From an uncultured Bacillota bacterium (lineage in GTDB: Bacteria; Bacillota; DTU025; MWDF01): a DNA stretch of 64,000 nucleotides. The notes below the pieces were generated by a model. That model did no database searches, was not told where the DNA came from, and saw only the letters and a list, made by a program, of their open reading frames with translations. This document shows positions 54,125 to 64,000 of this stretch, piece after piece. The position numbers and the translations under genes were made by a program. How positions within the stretch are numbered: the first letter of the stretch is position 1; each line of letters opens with the position of its first letter. The stretch is taken from contig CAWGMK010000002.1 of the NCBI GenBank assembly GCA_963823655.1, positions 32,001 to 96,000 of the forward strand. Direction: 5' to 3'.

Positions 54125-54563
54125 TCAGATGATGCCCATTTTGCGTGCGTATCCAATAATCGCGTCGAAGACTTTCTCCTGAACGGAACCTTCCACAACA
54201 GGCCTCCACGAGACCTGATCGAACTCCACGAAATCAGGTGCCAAGCTCTGTACCTTCACAGTCAAAAGACGAGGTAGATGATATCTTGTAGCGACGGCCG
54301 CCCCTGTCCAGATGCCAGTTGTTCCTCTCAGTGTAAGGGTCGCCTTCAACATTCTCATGGTAGCTAACCACGATTGCGTCCAGATACATTGCCCCCGCCT
54401 CATATTCTCCCAGCTTGATGCCGTCTTTCACAAAGTACCATTCTATGCCGGCATCCTTTGCCACCCTTACTGTGCCGCTCATTTGACGGACAGCCGGCCA
54501 AAGGAGAAGGGTTGACAGCATGATGGCGCAAAGCATCGCAATGACAGCGGGTCTTCTGATCAT
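54125..54563 (-). CDS. Small membrane-anchored hypothetical protein, probably one frameshifted gene
   Basis: GGAGGGG RBS, N-terminal TM in 54234..54563; plausible C-terminus in 54125..54403. Confidence 0.45.
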
Positions 54564-54838
54564 CTTCCCCTCCGATCGCCTTGTGGCAGTGCGAGTCCGT
54601 GTGGATATAAAAGTTCGACGATCCGCCCGCCTATACCTCTAACAGGGAGGGCAGCCCCAATGGCAAAGGCGTGCAATCTATAGCGAGAACTTCGCTTCGC
54701 TGTGTGTTGTTCCGGAAAAACGTACCAGAAAAAACCTTCAGTTAAGCTAGGACCGAACGGACGGCATCGGTTAAAAGGGTGAAATTAATATAGAATGGTG
54801 ATAAGAGACTTGGCGAATCTATACAAAGGAGCAAAACG

Positions 54839-56110
54839 ATGAAAAGGCGCTTAATTCTAGCGGCAATTCTTTTCTGCCTGCTAACTAACGGCATAGCTGC
54901 CGCGGCACCCTCGCTTCTGCCCTTTGATGCCTCCTGGACTGCGGATAAGGTGAACGAGCTTATAATAACCGGGGCAAATGTGAATGAGAAGGACAAGAAC
55001 GGCGTTACGCCTTTGATGTCGGCAGCCAAGCGCTGCACTGACGTAAAAGCTATTGAGGCGCTTTTATATGCCGGAGCCTTGGTCGGCGACATGGACAATA
55101 ACAGCTGGACGGCGCTAATGTTCGCCGTAAGGTTCAATCCGAACCCGGATATCGCGCTCCTTCTGATAGGCAAAGGTGCGGATCTGACAGGCAAGCTGGG
55201 AGAAAAGACGCTCTTCGAATACGCGGTAGAAGCCAAAATGGAAGGCAGGCTTATCGCTGCATTGATGCCGAAGCCGTCAGAGCCGGTTGTGAGGGACTGG
55301 AAGCTCAACTCCATTTCCGCAAACGGGTACAGCAGCCTGGGGCTCATGGAAGACGGCACCGTGATTACTGCCGGCAGCAACAAGCTGAGGCAGCTTGAGG
55401 TTAAAAGCTGGCACGACATCATAGCCCTGGCGGCAGGGCCTCACTATACATTGGGCTTGAAGGTGGACGGCACCGTCGTTGCGGCCGGAGTCAACTATGA
55501 CGGGGAGCTTAATGTCTCGGGCTGGACCGACATAGCAGGTATTGCGGCAGGAGGCTCGCATTCCGTCGGAGTAAAGGCGGACGGCACAGTAGTCGCAACC
55601 GGTCAGGGTTACGGCGGTCAGCTGAAGGTTGACGGCTGGTGGGGAATCATCGCCGTTGCGGCAGGCGACAGTCATACAGTGGGGCTCAAGGCGGACGGCA
55701 CGGTAGTCGCCACAGGCAGCAACGCGGAGAAACAGTGCAACGTCAGCGAGTGGAAGGACATAGTGGCAATTGCGGCAGGCGGCTGGCACACGCTGGGCCT
55801 TAAGGCGGACGGCACTGTCGTGTCCACGGGCGCCAATTACGACGGCAGGTGCAATACCTCGGACTGGAAGAACATCGTCGCAATCGCGGCGAGCGACTAC
55901 CACTCGGTAGGATTGAGGGAAGACGGGACCGTGGTAGCCATAGGAAAGGGCAACTTCATGCAGCTTGAGGTGGCCGGATGGTATGGCATCGTGGCAATCG
56001 CTGTAGGAGATTCCCATACTTTGGGCGCCAAGGCTGACGGCACAGTCATAGGGACCGGCTGGAACGAATATGGCCAGCTGAATACATCGGGCTGGCGTTT
56101 GTGGCAATGA
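54839..56110 (+). CDS. Secreted ankyrin-repeat + RCC1/BLIP-II repeat protein
   Basis: Signal peptide; GANVNEKDKNGVTPLMSAA ankyrin repeats; about seven 40-aa AIAAG..HTVGLKADGTVVA.G.N..GQ repeats. Confidence 0.85.
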   Translation: MKRRLILAAILFCLLTNGIAAAAPSLLPFDASWTADKVNELIITGANVNEKDKNGVTPLMSAAKRCTDVKAIEALLYAGALVGDMDNNSWTALMFAVRFNPNPDIALLLIGKGADLTGKLGEKTLFEYAVEAKMEGRLIAALMPKPSEPVVRDWKLNSISANGYSSLGLMEDGTVITAGSNKLRQLEVKSWHDIIALAAGPHYTLGLKVDGTVVAAGVNYDGELNVSGWTDIAGIAAGGSHSVGVKADGTVVATGQGYGGQLKVDGWWGIIAVAAGDSHTVGLKADGTVVATGSNAEKQCNVSEWKDIVAIAAGGWHTLGLKADGTVVSTGANYDGRCNTSDWKNIVAIAASDYHSVGLREDGTVVAIGKGNFMQLEVAGWYGIVAIAVGDSHTLGAKADGTVIGTGWNEYGQLNTSGWRLWQ

Positions 56111-56186
56111 AGCGCGGCTCCCATTTGCCTTAAAGCTTCTGACAGGAAAACTGCTGGACGATAACCCTTCGTCAATAGATAGGGCT

Positions 56187-56213
56187 GAAGCCGCCGGGAG
56201 AACCGGCGGCTTC
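56187..56213 (+). terminator. Terminator stem-loop
   Basis: GAAGCCGCCGG / CCGGCGGCTTC. Confidence 0.7.
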
Positions 56214-56293
56214 GCCTTTGCCTGCCCCAAATCTGCTAGAGCGCGCACCAAATCCTTATTTTCCTCTCTCAGTCTGCCAGAAAGTCCTGAAAA

Positions 56294-56307
56294 TTGACGC
56301 AGGTCAA
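56294..56307. promoter_or_regulatory. FNR/Flp-type box TTGAC-N4-GTCAA
   Basis: TTGACGCAGGTCAA upstream of an operon ending in a Crp/Fnr regulator. Confidence 0.75.
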
Positions 56308-56364
56308 TGCAATGCCCCCGGAATCGTCGCATCATTAAAGTACAAAATCTAAGGAGGTAATCTC

Positions 56365-56580
56365 ATGATGAATAAGACATACCAGTTGGAGACCGTAACA
56401 TGCCCCAGTTGCATAGCAAAGATCGAAGGGATGCTCAAGAGGACTCAGGGCATACAGGAAGCAGAAGTCATGTTCAACAGCTCAAGGGTGAAGGTAGCGT
56501 TCGACGAGAGCGTAGTAGACGGTGAGACGATTAAGGGAAACATAGCCAAGCTGGGCTTCAAGGTACTGTCTGAGAAGTAG
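56365..56580 (+). CDS. Heavy-metal-associated (HMA) chaperone
   Basis: LETVTCPSCIAKIE...VMFNSSRVKV. Confidence 0.85.
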   Translation: MMNKTYQLETVTCPSCIAKIEGMLKRTQGIQEAEVMFNSSRVKVAFDESVVDGETIKGNIAKLGFKVLSEK

Positions 56581-56599
56581 TGACAAAGGGGGGTATCGG

Positions 56600-58464
56600 A
56601 TGTTTACCATGACTAAAGGCCGGAGGATCCTGCTATCGGGCATATTGGTTGCCGTTTCCTACCTTCTTAAGAGGGCGATGGGTTACGCGCCGATAACGGT
56701 CGTTCTCATGCTGGCCTCCACTGTTCTTGCCGGTACCCCCATCTTCAGAAAAGCGATAGGCGCGCTCAGGTACAAGATCGTAGGAATTGACGCTTTGGTG
56801 ACGATTGCAGTCACAGGGGCTGTCCTGATAGGCGAGTACTGGGAGGCGGCCGCGGTCACCTTCCTGTTCATGTTCGGAGACTACCTGGAAGCGATGACTA
56901 TTGAGAAGACGCGCTCCTCAATAAAGGCGCTACTGGACTCCGCCCCGGACTCGGCCAGGGTCAGCAGGGGCGGGATTGAGGAGATAATCAGCCCTGACGC
57001 CGTCGTTAAGGGCGATCTGGTAATTGTGAAGCCGGGCGAGAAGATCTCCGTAGACGGCACGATAGCGGAAGGCACGGCATACATCAATCAAGCTGCAATT
57101 ACGGGAGAGCCGATACCGGCCGAGAGGACAGTAGATGAAAAGGTATTCTCCGGAACGATAGTAGAATCCGGGTATTTGATAATAAGGGCGGATAGAGTGG
57201 GCGATGACACGACATTCGCAAGGATACTGCATATGGTGGAGGAGGCCCAGGACAAGAAGGCCAAGACGCAGAAATTCCTGGAAAGGTTCTCCCGTTATTA
57301 CACGCCGGGCGTCATCCTGCTGGCATCTGCTATGTACTTAATAACAAAAGACCTGGTTTTGGCGCTCACGCTTCTGGTGATCGCATGCCCGGGAGCCCTT
57401 GTCATTTCCGCCCCGGTGTCCATAGTAGCCGGCATCGGCAACGGCGCTAAGAACGGCGTTCTGGTCAAAGGCGGCGACATCATGGAGAAGCTGGGCACGG
57501 TGCGAGCCATCGCATTCGACAAGACCGGGACGCTTACGATAGGAAAACCCAGAGTTAAGGGCATACAAGCCTACGGCATCACCGAGGAATCGCTGCTTCG
57601 CATCGCGGCAGTCGGCGAAAGCTACTCCGAACATCCATTGGCCAAAGCTATAATCGACGAGGCTGTTGAAAGGCTGGGTCCGATTTCTGAAAGGCCTGAA
57701 GGCGCACAGTTTACGAAAGGCCAGGGCCTCATATTCGACCTCGGCGGGGAAAAGTACTTGATAGGAAACAGGAAGCTGTTCGACGCGAATGGAGTACCGT
57801 TGCAGGAACATGAGGGCTATTTGAGATCCGAAGAGGAGAAGGGGCGCACCACTGTAATCGTCGGCGACGCCAAGAGGGTGCTGGGCATACTATCGATTGC
57901 GGATGTTGTGCGGCCTGACGCGAAAGCCCTTATCCAGAGGCTGAAGTCGCTTGGCATAAGGAAGGTAGTAATGCTCACGGGTGACAACGAGAGGGCGGCG
58001 AAGGCCATTTCGGACGAGCTGGGCCTGGACGGCTACTTCGCAGAGCTTATGCCCGAGGACAAGGTCCGCATCTTGAATGAGCTTCAAAGCGCGAACGGCA
58101 AAGTCGCCATGGTGGGCGACGGCGTAAATGACGCGCCGGCACTCGCCAGCGCGGACCTGGGGATCGCAATAGGCGGCGGAGGAACTGACGTTGCGATTGA
58201 GACCGCGGACGTTGTGCTCATGTCGTCGGAGCTGAAAAGCTGTCGTATGCCATCGGCTTAAGCCGGGCGACTGTGGGTAATATGAAGCAGAATATCTATT
58301 TCGCCCTATTCGTCGCGGCACTGCTGCTGGCAGGCGTCCTGGTGAAGACGGTTAACTTGTCGTTTGGCATGCTGGTTCACGAAATGTCCGTCCTGCTTGT
58401 TATAATCAATGCAGTAAGGTTGCTCGGCTACGGAAAAAGCATGGGCCGAAGGATAACGCAGTAA
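56600..58464 (+). CDS. Heavy-metal P1B-type ATPase with CPG motif; frameshift near 58235
   Basis: TGEP, IACPGAL, DKTGT, SEHPL, GDGVND; C-terminus in 58273..58464 (HEMSVLLVIINAVRLL). Confidence 0.88.
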
Positions 58465-58528
58465 GGCCCAAAGGCCACTTCAAGCAGTGTGAATCCTGCA
58501 ATCCTCAAACATGACAGGGGGTTTGGAA

Positions 58529-59209
58529 ATGGGCTGCAACTGCTCCTTGCACAAAGTCCCCAATTGCATAGAGTCCGTGCCGATTTTCAGCAACATCACC
58601 GAGGATGAGATGCTGAAAATCGCCGCCATTACCACGGACAGGACCTATCAGAAGGGCGAGATGGTCTACATCCAGGGGGATAAGGGCGGCAGGCTGTTCG
58701 TGCTCCATAAGGGGCAGATAAAGATTACAAGGCTCAGTGCCGCAGGCAAAGAGCAGGTAATAAGGGTGCTGGGGCCAGGCGCTTTTATGGGGGAGCTATC
58801 TCTCTTCAGCCCGGTGCCTTTGACCGAAAATGCCGAGGCTTTGGAGGCATCCACCATGTGCATAATCGAAGGCGGGAAGCTGAAGGAGCTTATGGTGGGT
58901 AACCCTTCCATTGCGCTTAAGATCATCGAGGAGCTGAGCAAGCGCCTGGAAAGCGCGGAAGAGCTTATCGAGGGGGCGAACCTTTTAACAGTGGAGCAGA
59001 GGTTGGCCGGGGCTCTTTTAAAGCTTGCCGGCGAAGGCTTCGAAATCGTGCTCAGCATGAAGAAGGCGGACTTGGCCTCACAGATCGGCATGAGCCAGGA
59101 GACGCTGTCCAGGAAGTTGTCATCCTTTCAGGAACAGGGGTTAATCGAGCTTGAGGGGCAGAGGACCATACGCATTCTGGATAAGAGGCGGCTCACTGAC
59201 ATTAAATAG
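58529..59209 (+). CDS. Crp/Fnr family regulator (Flp-like)
   Basis: N-terminal Cys residues (MGCNC...NC), cNMP-binding fold GAFMGELSLF, HTH LASQIGMSQETLSR. Confidence 0.9.
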   Translation: MGCNCSLHKVPNCIESVPIFSNITEDEMLKIAAITTDRTYQKGEMVYIQGDKGGRLFVLHKGQIKITRLSAAGKEQVIRVLGPGAFMGELSLFSPVPLTENAEALEASTMCIIEGGKLKELMVGNPSIALKIIEELSKRLESAEELIEGANLLTVEQRLAGALLKLAGEGFEIVLSMKKADLASQIGMSQETLSRKLSSFQEQGLIELEGQRTIRILDKRRLTDIK

Positions 59210-59459
59210 CGAGGTCACATCCATTCCTCTAATTCAATAATCACATCGGAGCTTCAGCACGAGGCTTTTAATAAAGTCCATTCACTTGGCCAACCACCGA
59301 ACTGAGGCTCTTTTTATGCTGGCCACCCATCACATTTTCTAGACAAAAGAGAAAACGAAAATGGCTCTTGGCAGGTGATTATCACCGCTAGGCCCGCTTT
59401 GGCGCAGTTCCATCTTCTTGTAAGTGAGCAGGGTTCAGTCGAGGATTAGCACTTGTTGA

Positions 59460-59496
59460 TGTTTACAATATTCACTAATCTGATAAAATGTAAACA
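59460..59496. promoter_or_regulatory. Inverted repeat TGTTTACA..TGTAAACA overlapping the promoter of the XRE gene
   Basis: Perfect 8-bp arms overlapping -35/-10-like boxes TTTACA and TAAAAT. Confidence 0.55.
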
Positions 59497-59514
59497 GAGA
59501 GGAGGGGAGAAATC

Positions 59515-60558
59515 ATGGTGGGAAAGAATATAAAGTACTACCGGTTGTTGAACGGGATGACTATTGCCACCCTGGCTGACAGAGTTGGCATCACTAAGAT
59601 GGCTATATCAAACTACGAGAACAGCCTAAGGAAACCCGACATCGTTACTCTAAGGAAGATAGCCGATGTGTTTAATCTGGGCATAGCGAAGCTGCTTGCT
59701 CAGCAAAGCGGCAACCTGGTATTTTCGCATGGTCCTTTCAGAAAGAATTCCGATTTGAAAGCATCAACTCAGGAGCTTGTAAGAGAAAGTGTGGAGCAGT
59801 ACTGCAATCGCTTCATGGCTGTTGTAGAAGTCCTCGGCGATAAAGTCCTGCCGGACGCTCCCCAATGCAATAAAATCCGCTTGTCCGAAAATGATGAGGT
59901 TAACGGCAAAGAGATTAGGAAATGGCTTGGATTGTCCCTCAACGGTCCTGTCGGCAACCTCGTAATGGCACTGGAAAACTCAGGCTTCGTAATCTTAAGG
60001 CTTTACGTTGAAGACAAGAAGTTCTCCGGCATTAGCGGATTTGTTAACAATCGTCCCTACATTGTAGTCAATATCAGGATGAATCCTGAAAGGCAGCGTT
60101 CTACTATAGCTCATGAGCTTGCCCACCTATGCTTCGAATGGCCTGTTGACATGGACGCAGAAAGCGTTGAGAGGCGGGCAAATTCGGTTATGGGAGCTTT
60201 CCTTTTCCCCAAGGAAGATGCAATCAGGGAACTTGGAATACGTCGCTCAACCATAGGAAAGGATATGGAACTGGTTGCCGCGGAGTATGGCATCTCCATG
60301 CTTCTTCTGGCGATGAGGGCGAAGCTTATTGCGATTATCACCATTAATGAGCATAGAAATTTCTCGATCCAGGCATCTAAAATTGGCTGGAGGAAGAACG
60401 AACCTTCGCGCATATGTGAAGAGAAAGCCACCTTGTTCGAGCAGCTGGCATACCGGGCGGTCTCTGAAGGGGACATCTCGATACAAAAGGGCGCAGAACT
60501 GCTTGAAAAGCCATATTTGGAGGTGGAGCGCGCCTGTCTCACTAATGGAGGGCAGTAG
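59515..60558 (+). CDS. XRE HTH + ImmA/IrrE (DUF955) metallopeptidase fusion
   Basis: N-terminal HTH; RQRSTIAHELAH HExxH; AEYGIS. Confidence 0.88.
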   Translation: MVGKNIKYYRLLNGMTIATLADRVGITKMAISNYENSLRKPDIVTLRKIADVFNLGIAKLLAQQSGNLVFSHGPFRKNSDLKASTQELVRESVEQYCNRFMAVVEVLGDKVLPDAPQCNKIRLSENDEVNGKEIRKWLGLSLNGPVGNLVMALENSGFVILRLYVEDKKFSGISGFVNNRPYIVVNIRMNPERQRSTIAHELAHLCFEWPVDMDAESVERRANSVMGAFLFPKEDAIRELGIRRSTIGKDMELVAAEYGISMLLLAMRAKLIAIITINEHRNFSIQASKIGWRKNEPSRICEEKATLFEQLAYRAVSEGDISIQKGAELLEKPYLEVERACLTNGGQ

Positions 60559-60621
60559 ATGCACATCTGCAGCGACACATGCATATGGATCGACTTTCTA
60601 ACAATAGGCGCTTTTAAGTAG
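60559..60621 (+). pseudogene. Truncated PIN-domain toxin-like N-terminus
   Basis: Abuts the previous stop, GGAGGG RBS; MHICSDTCIWIDFL resembles the PIN strand-1 DT.VWIDF motif; stops at 20 aa. Confidence 0.5.
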
Positions 60622-60695
60622 CAACAGCCACAGCAAATGAAGGTTCCCGGCATTGGGCAATCGCCTTCTGTCCGGGCCAACAAAGGATTTCCCAA

Positions 60696-61460
60696 TTACT
60701 GCTTCTTGTTCGCGTTCATAATCCTTACGACCTCCCTGATAGGCAAAGCCGGGAGGGATATCAAAATGGAGTTGTCCTTAATCTTCTCACCTCTTCTGAG
60801 ATACGAATTGATACCTATGGAGCAGTTTTCGCCGATTTCCGTATTCGGCCCCAGCTTTACGCTCGCCCCTATCAGAGTGCCTTTTCCAATTGTGATGTTG
60901 TTCAGTACAATCTGTCCGTTTTCGAACAGGTGGCAGGTGATATCCGTATCCCCTCCTATTACTACGTCATCGTCAAGGCGCAGCAGATAGACATCATGCA
61001 GGCTCTTCGTGTTGATGAAGACGTTGTTGCCGATTTTACACCCGCAAAGCCTCAGGAATAGCTTGAAGATCGCGGTGCCCTGGATGAACGGAAGGAATGT
61101 GTTCAAAGCGACGGTGTGAAGGCCGCCGTTAATGAGCCAGCGCACGAAAGTAAGAGACGCCGGAGGGTACTTGCCGGGCTTGATTCCCTGCGTAATAATG
61201 CGTTCGAACAGCCCGAATACTATGGCTGCCGTAATGAAGAACACGTACATGGCGATCGGTACCATGAAGCAGAACAGAAGTATACTGGATATCTTCACAT
61301 CGGCAAGAAGCCTTAATGTAGAATGGTAAAGAATGTAGAAAGAGGGAACTAGCGAGATCCCGATCACAAAGGAATAGAATGTGAAAGTAACCAATGTGAG
61401 GGAAGTCGATATCAGAGAAGTGTGTATTATGTAATCTAGGAATTTCTTGATATGGAACAC
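60696..61460 (-). CDS. Membrane-anchored hexapeptide-repeat (LbH) acyltransferase-like protein
   Basis: Two TMs, GIKPGKYP, FLRLCGCKIGNNVFINT, VVIGG, ITIGKGTLIG, EIGENCSIG. Confidence 0.75.
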   Translation of the reverse strand: MFHIKKFLDYIIHTSLISTSLTLVTFTFYSFVIGISLVPSFYILYHSTLRLLADVKISSILLFCFMVPIAMYVFFITAAIVFGLFERIITQGIKPGKYPPASLTFVRWLINGGLHTVALNTFLPFIQGTAIFKLFLRLCGCKIGNNVFINTKSLHDVYLLRLDDDVVIGGDTDITCHLFENGQIVLNNITIGKGTLIGASVKLGPNTEIGENCSIGINSYLRRGEKIKDNSILISLPALPIREVVRIMNANKKQ

Positions 61461-61527
61461 CTCCTGTAGTAGGATTTAGAGGATTAATAAGATTATCTTA
61501 CTATAATACAAGTAACAAGGAGCGTAT

Positions 61528-62937
61528 ATGAAAGGCAACAACCTAAAGAACAAACTCGCTTTCGCAGCATGCGATATATTCGGCGGCGGCTCATTCAATA
61601 TCATAAACTTCCTGTATCCTGGCTTTTTGGCGCTCACCGTGGGGCTTTCGCCCTATTGGATCAGCTTCGTTGTCCTTGTAGCCAGGCTATGGGACGCAAT
61701 CAGCGACCCCCTGATGGGCATGCTCTCGGATTCAACAAGAAGCCGCTTCGGCAAAAGGCGCCTCTATCTGGTCATCGCCTCTCCGCTGGTGCTTATATCC
61801 TTCGTGCTGCTGTTCTTCCCCTACAGCTTCTCATCGACAACGCTTAGGGTATTAAGCGCGCTCGGTTCCTACCTAATATTCTACACTGTGCAGACAATGG
61901 TCATGATCCCCTACATCTCGCTGTCGGCGGAGATCGCGGCAGATTACCAGGCCCGTGCCTCTTTCAACAGCTGGCGCCTCGGCTTTAGCATCTTCTCCTC
62001 GATATTGTGCGTAGCGGTTCCCGGCATGGTAGTCAGCGCGTTCGAAGGCAATAAGGGATACATAATCATGGGGCTGATCTTCGGTGCGGTATTCGCCATC
62101 GCGGTGCTGATAACGGGCCTTTTCGCAAGGGAGGAGATAATCTCCCCGCCTGTGAAGAACCATGCAAGCCTTGCTAGCATTCGCAAATTGCTCGCCCTTA
62201 AGCCCTTCAGGGTATATCTTGGGATGTTCCTCATGCTAAGCAGCACTATGACGGTCATGAGCGCGATGTACTTCTTCTTCGTGGACTTCTATGTCTACAG
62301 GGAGCTAACAGCGCTGGGGCAAGGCAACATTACGCGCCTGATCTCGGCAGCCTTGATGTTCTCCATGCAGATAGTGGCCCTGCCGTTCTATACCAAGCTT
62401 ATATCCACGAAGGGCAAACCCTACGCGTACAGGTTCGGCGCGATACTATGGATCGCATGTGCCCTGTTGCTGGTGCTGATAAAGCCCGGGACAGCCACCG
62501 TCAATATCTATATCCTGGCGGCTCTTATGGGCTTCGGAATAAGCGGACCGGGGCTCGTACCCCACACGATGTTCGGAGACGTGTCCGATTTCGCGACCCT
62601 TGCCTTCCGTGAGCGCAAGGACGGGCTCATCGGGGGCTTCGTCAATTTCACGAACAAGACGGTACAGGCGATGGTCATCGCTGTAGTCATGATTATAATC
62701 GGCGCGTTCGGCTTCATAGAGGCCGAGCCAGGAAAGCAAGTGCTCTCACAACCCGAAAGCGCACAGAACGCGATAAGGGCGATAATGGTGCTTGCTCCTC
62801 TAGTGTTCCTGTCTTTCGGCATCTTCTTCTCAACCAAGTACAAGATCAGCCGCAAGGTCCAGGGCGACATCGCAAAGGTGCTCGAGACCGGCAGCTTTGC
62901 GGGTTCATCCGCAATCATCGACATGCTGCAGAAGTAA
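61528..62937 (+). CDS. MFS transporter, glycoside-pentoside-hexuronide (MelB-like) family
   Basis: ARLWDAISDPLMGMLSDSTRSRFGKRR, IPYISLSAEI, about 12 TMs. Confidence 0.9.
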   Translation: MKGNNLKNKLAFAACDIFGGGSFNIINFLYPGFLALTVGLSPYWISFVVLVARLWDAISDPLMGMLSDSTRSRFGKRRLYLVIASPLVLISFVLLFFPYSFSSTTLRVLSALGSYLIFYTVQTMVMIPYISLSAEIAADYQARASFNSWRLGFSIFSSILCVAVPGMVVSAFEGNKGYIIMGLIFGAVFAIAVLITGLFAREEIISPPVKNHASLASIRKLLALKPFRVYLGMFLMLSSTMTVMSAMYFFFVDFYVYRELTALGQGNITRLISAALMFSMQIVALPFYTKLISTKGKPYAYRFGAILWIACALLLVLIKPGTATVNIYILAALMGFGISGPGLVPHTMFGDVSDFATLAFRERKDGLIGGFVNFTNKTVQAMVIAVVMIIIGAFGFIEAEPGKQVLSQPESAQNAIRAIMVLAPLVFLSFGIFFSTKYKISRKVQGDIAKVLETGSFAGSSAIIDMLQK

Positions 62938-63139
62938 TAGCCGCTCATCTGATGAATTGGGAAATCAAGTCTCCGGCAGACAGAAGGATTAATGCAATAC
63001 TGATGGATACGGCATGGTGCGACGCATCATGCCTTTCTATTTACCCCAGGATTTGAAGGAAAATCGTCCCATTTATCGAACCCTCGGGTATTATCGGCAA
63101 AAAGGAGTCCGCCATTTCGGACGGAGAAAGGAAGGGAAA

Positions 63140-63685
63140 ATGAAAAGGACCATCATCTTGGCATTAATCCTTCTGTCTGCGATTACGGTAGCCTGCGCGC
63201 TTCCGAACGAACCCATAAACGGGTGGGCGGGTTGGGCCTGGGGCGTCAAATATGAATCTGTGAAGGACAAGCTTGCGTTCATCGGCGAGTACCAAAGCAC
63301 ACTGCCCGACAAAGCGAAGGTCATCCTTTACGATTATAAGGACTATCCGAAAATCCATCTCGGCATTACATGGAAGGCATTTTGCGTCGGCTTCATAAAC
63401 GGTACTTATGGCGGCATTTACCTCGGAGCCGATGAAGAGGCGGGCATTGCCGCCGGCAAGCAGGCGCTGGTCGCCAACTTCGGCAAGCCCGATCTGACAG
63501 GATCTCTGACAAATGGAGTCTACAACTACGAGACGCGGCTTGGTACAACTACCGCAGCCTTCTCGATGGACTACAAGTACGAGAGCACTCATATGTACTT
63601 CGTGTTTATTGGGACCAAGGAATATGTTAGGTCCATAGTCTCCGGCTTCGCCAACACCTCGGACGTCGCAAAATTCGGCCTTTAG
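63140..63685 (+). CDS. Secreted hypothetical protein
   Basis: Signal peptide MKRTIILALILLSAITVACA; GWAGWAWG and FGKP motifs. Confidence 0.6.
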   Translation: MKRTIILALILLSAITVACALPNEPINGWAGWAWGVKYESVKDKLAFIGEYQSTLPDKAKVILYDYKDYPKIHLGITWKAFCVGFINGTYGGIYLGADEEAGIAAGKQALVANFGKPDLTGSLTNGVYNYETRLGTTTAAFSMDYKYESTHMYFVFIGTKEYVRSIVSGFANTSDVAKFGL

Positions 63686-63704
63686 AAGCCTTTGAACCGA
63701 ATAT

Positions 63705-63771
63705 GCCTTTCTCAAGGGCCGGGAATGCCTTTAGATTTCTTAGGGCGTCCCCGGCCTTCTTACGGGCATTC
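63705..63771 (+). terminator. Long imperfect stem-loop
   Basis: TGCC..AAGGGCCGGG..GCCTTTAG / TTAGGGC..CCCGGCCTT..GGCA. Confidence 0.45.
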
Positions 63772-64000
63772 GCACTACTCCTTGCGAAGGACGCCTTTAC
63801 GCAGGTTTAGCTGGTGTTATTGCCCAAATGCACTATAAGGCCCCATAAGGAAGGGACAAAGAGGCGAATATGAGAAATACTTCCTTTGAATATCGAAACT
63901 TATCCATTATAATTGAATGGCTAGTGAAGGGTTCGTTCAAGTTCATGTAGATGCGATCCGTAGCGGACCGGATAGAAATTGACCATACAAACAGGTATGC

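Noticed and set aside
201-58464. Mass pseudogenisation or programmed frameshifting (about 15 genes split)
   Set aside because: Single-base indels hit unrelated genes, including korA, with motifs otherwise intact and no shared slippery site; best explained by sequencing consensus errors. Read polishing would settle it.

Overview
Bacterial chromosomal window with many single-base frameshifts in otherwise intact genes, most likely long-read or MAG consensus errors. A T-box riboswitch, CsoR and a Flp-type module point to Bacillota or a related phylum, while two beta-barrel-like proteins suggest an outer membrane. Contents in order: (1) 0-11.7 kb: membrane proteins of unknown function (3x DUF4386, DUF6326, DUF2975), TetR/XRE regulators, a degenerate tRNA 3' fragment, a CrtQ-like glycosyltransferase and an adenylate-forming enzyme. 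(2) 12-19.6 kb: copper cluster (HMA-DsbD-cupredoxin, csoR, copA, copZ, two-component system). (3) 19.9-28.5 kb: redox/sulfur block (cytochrome b5-like, 2-oxoacid:ferredoxin oxidoreductase, cystine symporter, CoA-disulfide reductase, secreted tandem CxxT thioredoxin-fold protein, and a peroxiredoxin-like gene with in-frame UGA and SECIS-like hairpin, a probable selenoprotein). (4) tyrS and an AT-rich patch with two toxin-less Phd/YefM genes. (5) 33.6-50.2 kb: co-oriented cell-surface cluster (beta-barrels, DUF4384-PEGA pair, subtilase, ~1500-aa 11-repeat adhesin, lipoproteins) with hairpin-packed spacers, including a ~460-nt multi-domain structured leader. (6) Trp T-box ABC transporter, ankyrin-RCC1 protein, Flp/FNR-regulated CPG-type P1B-ATPase operon, XRE-IrrE gene with a truncated PIN-like partner, and an MFS transporter. 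Family calls come from motif recognition by eye, not database searches.
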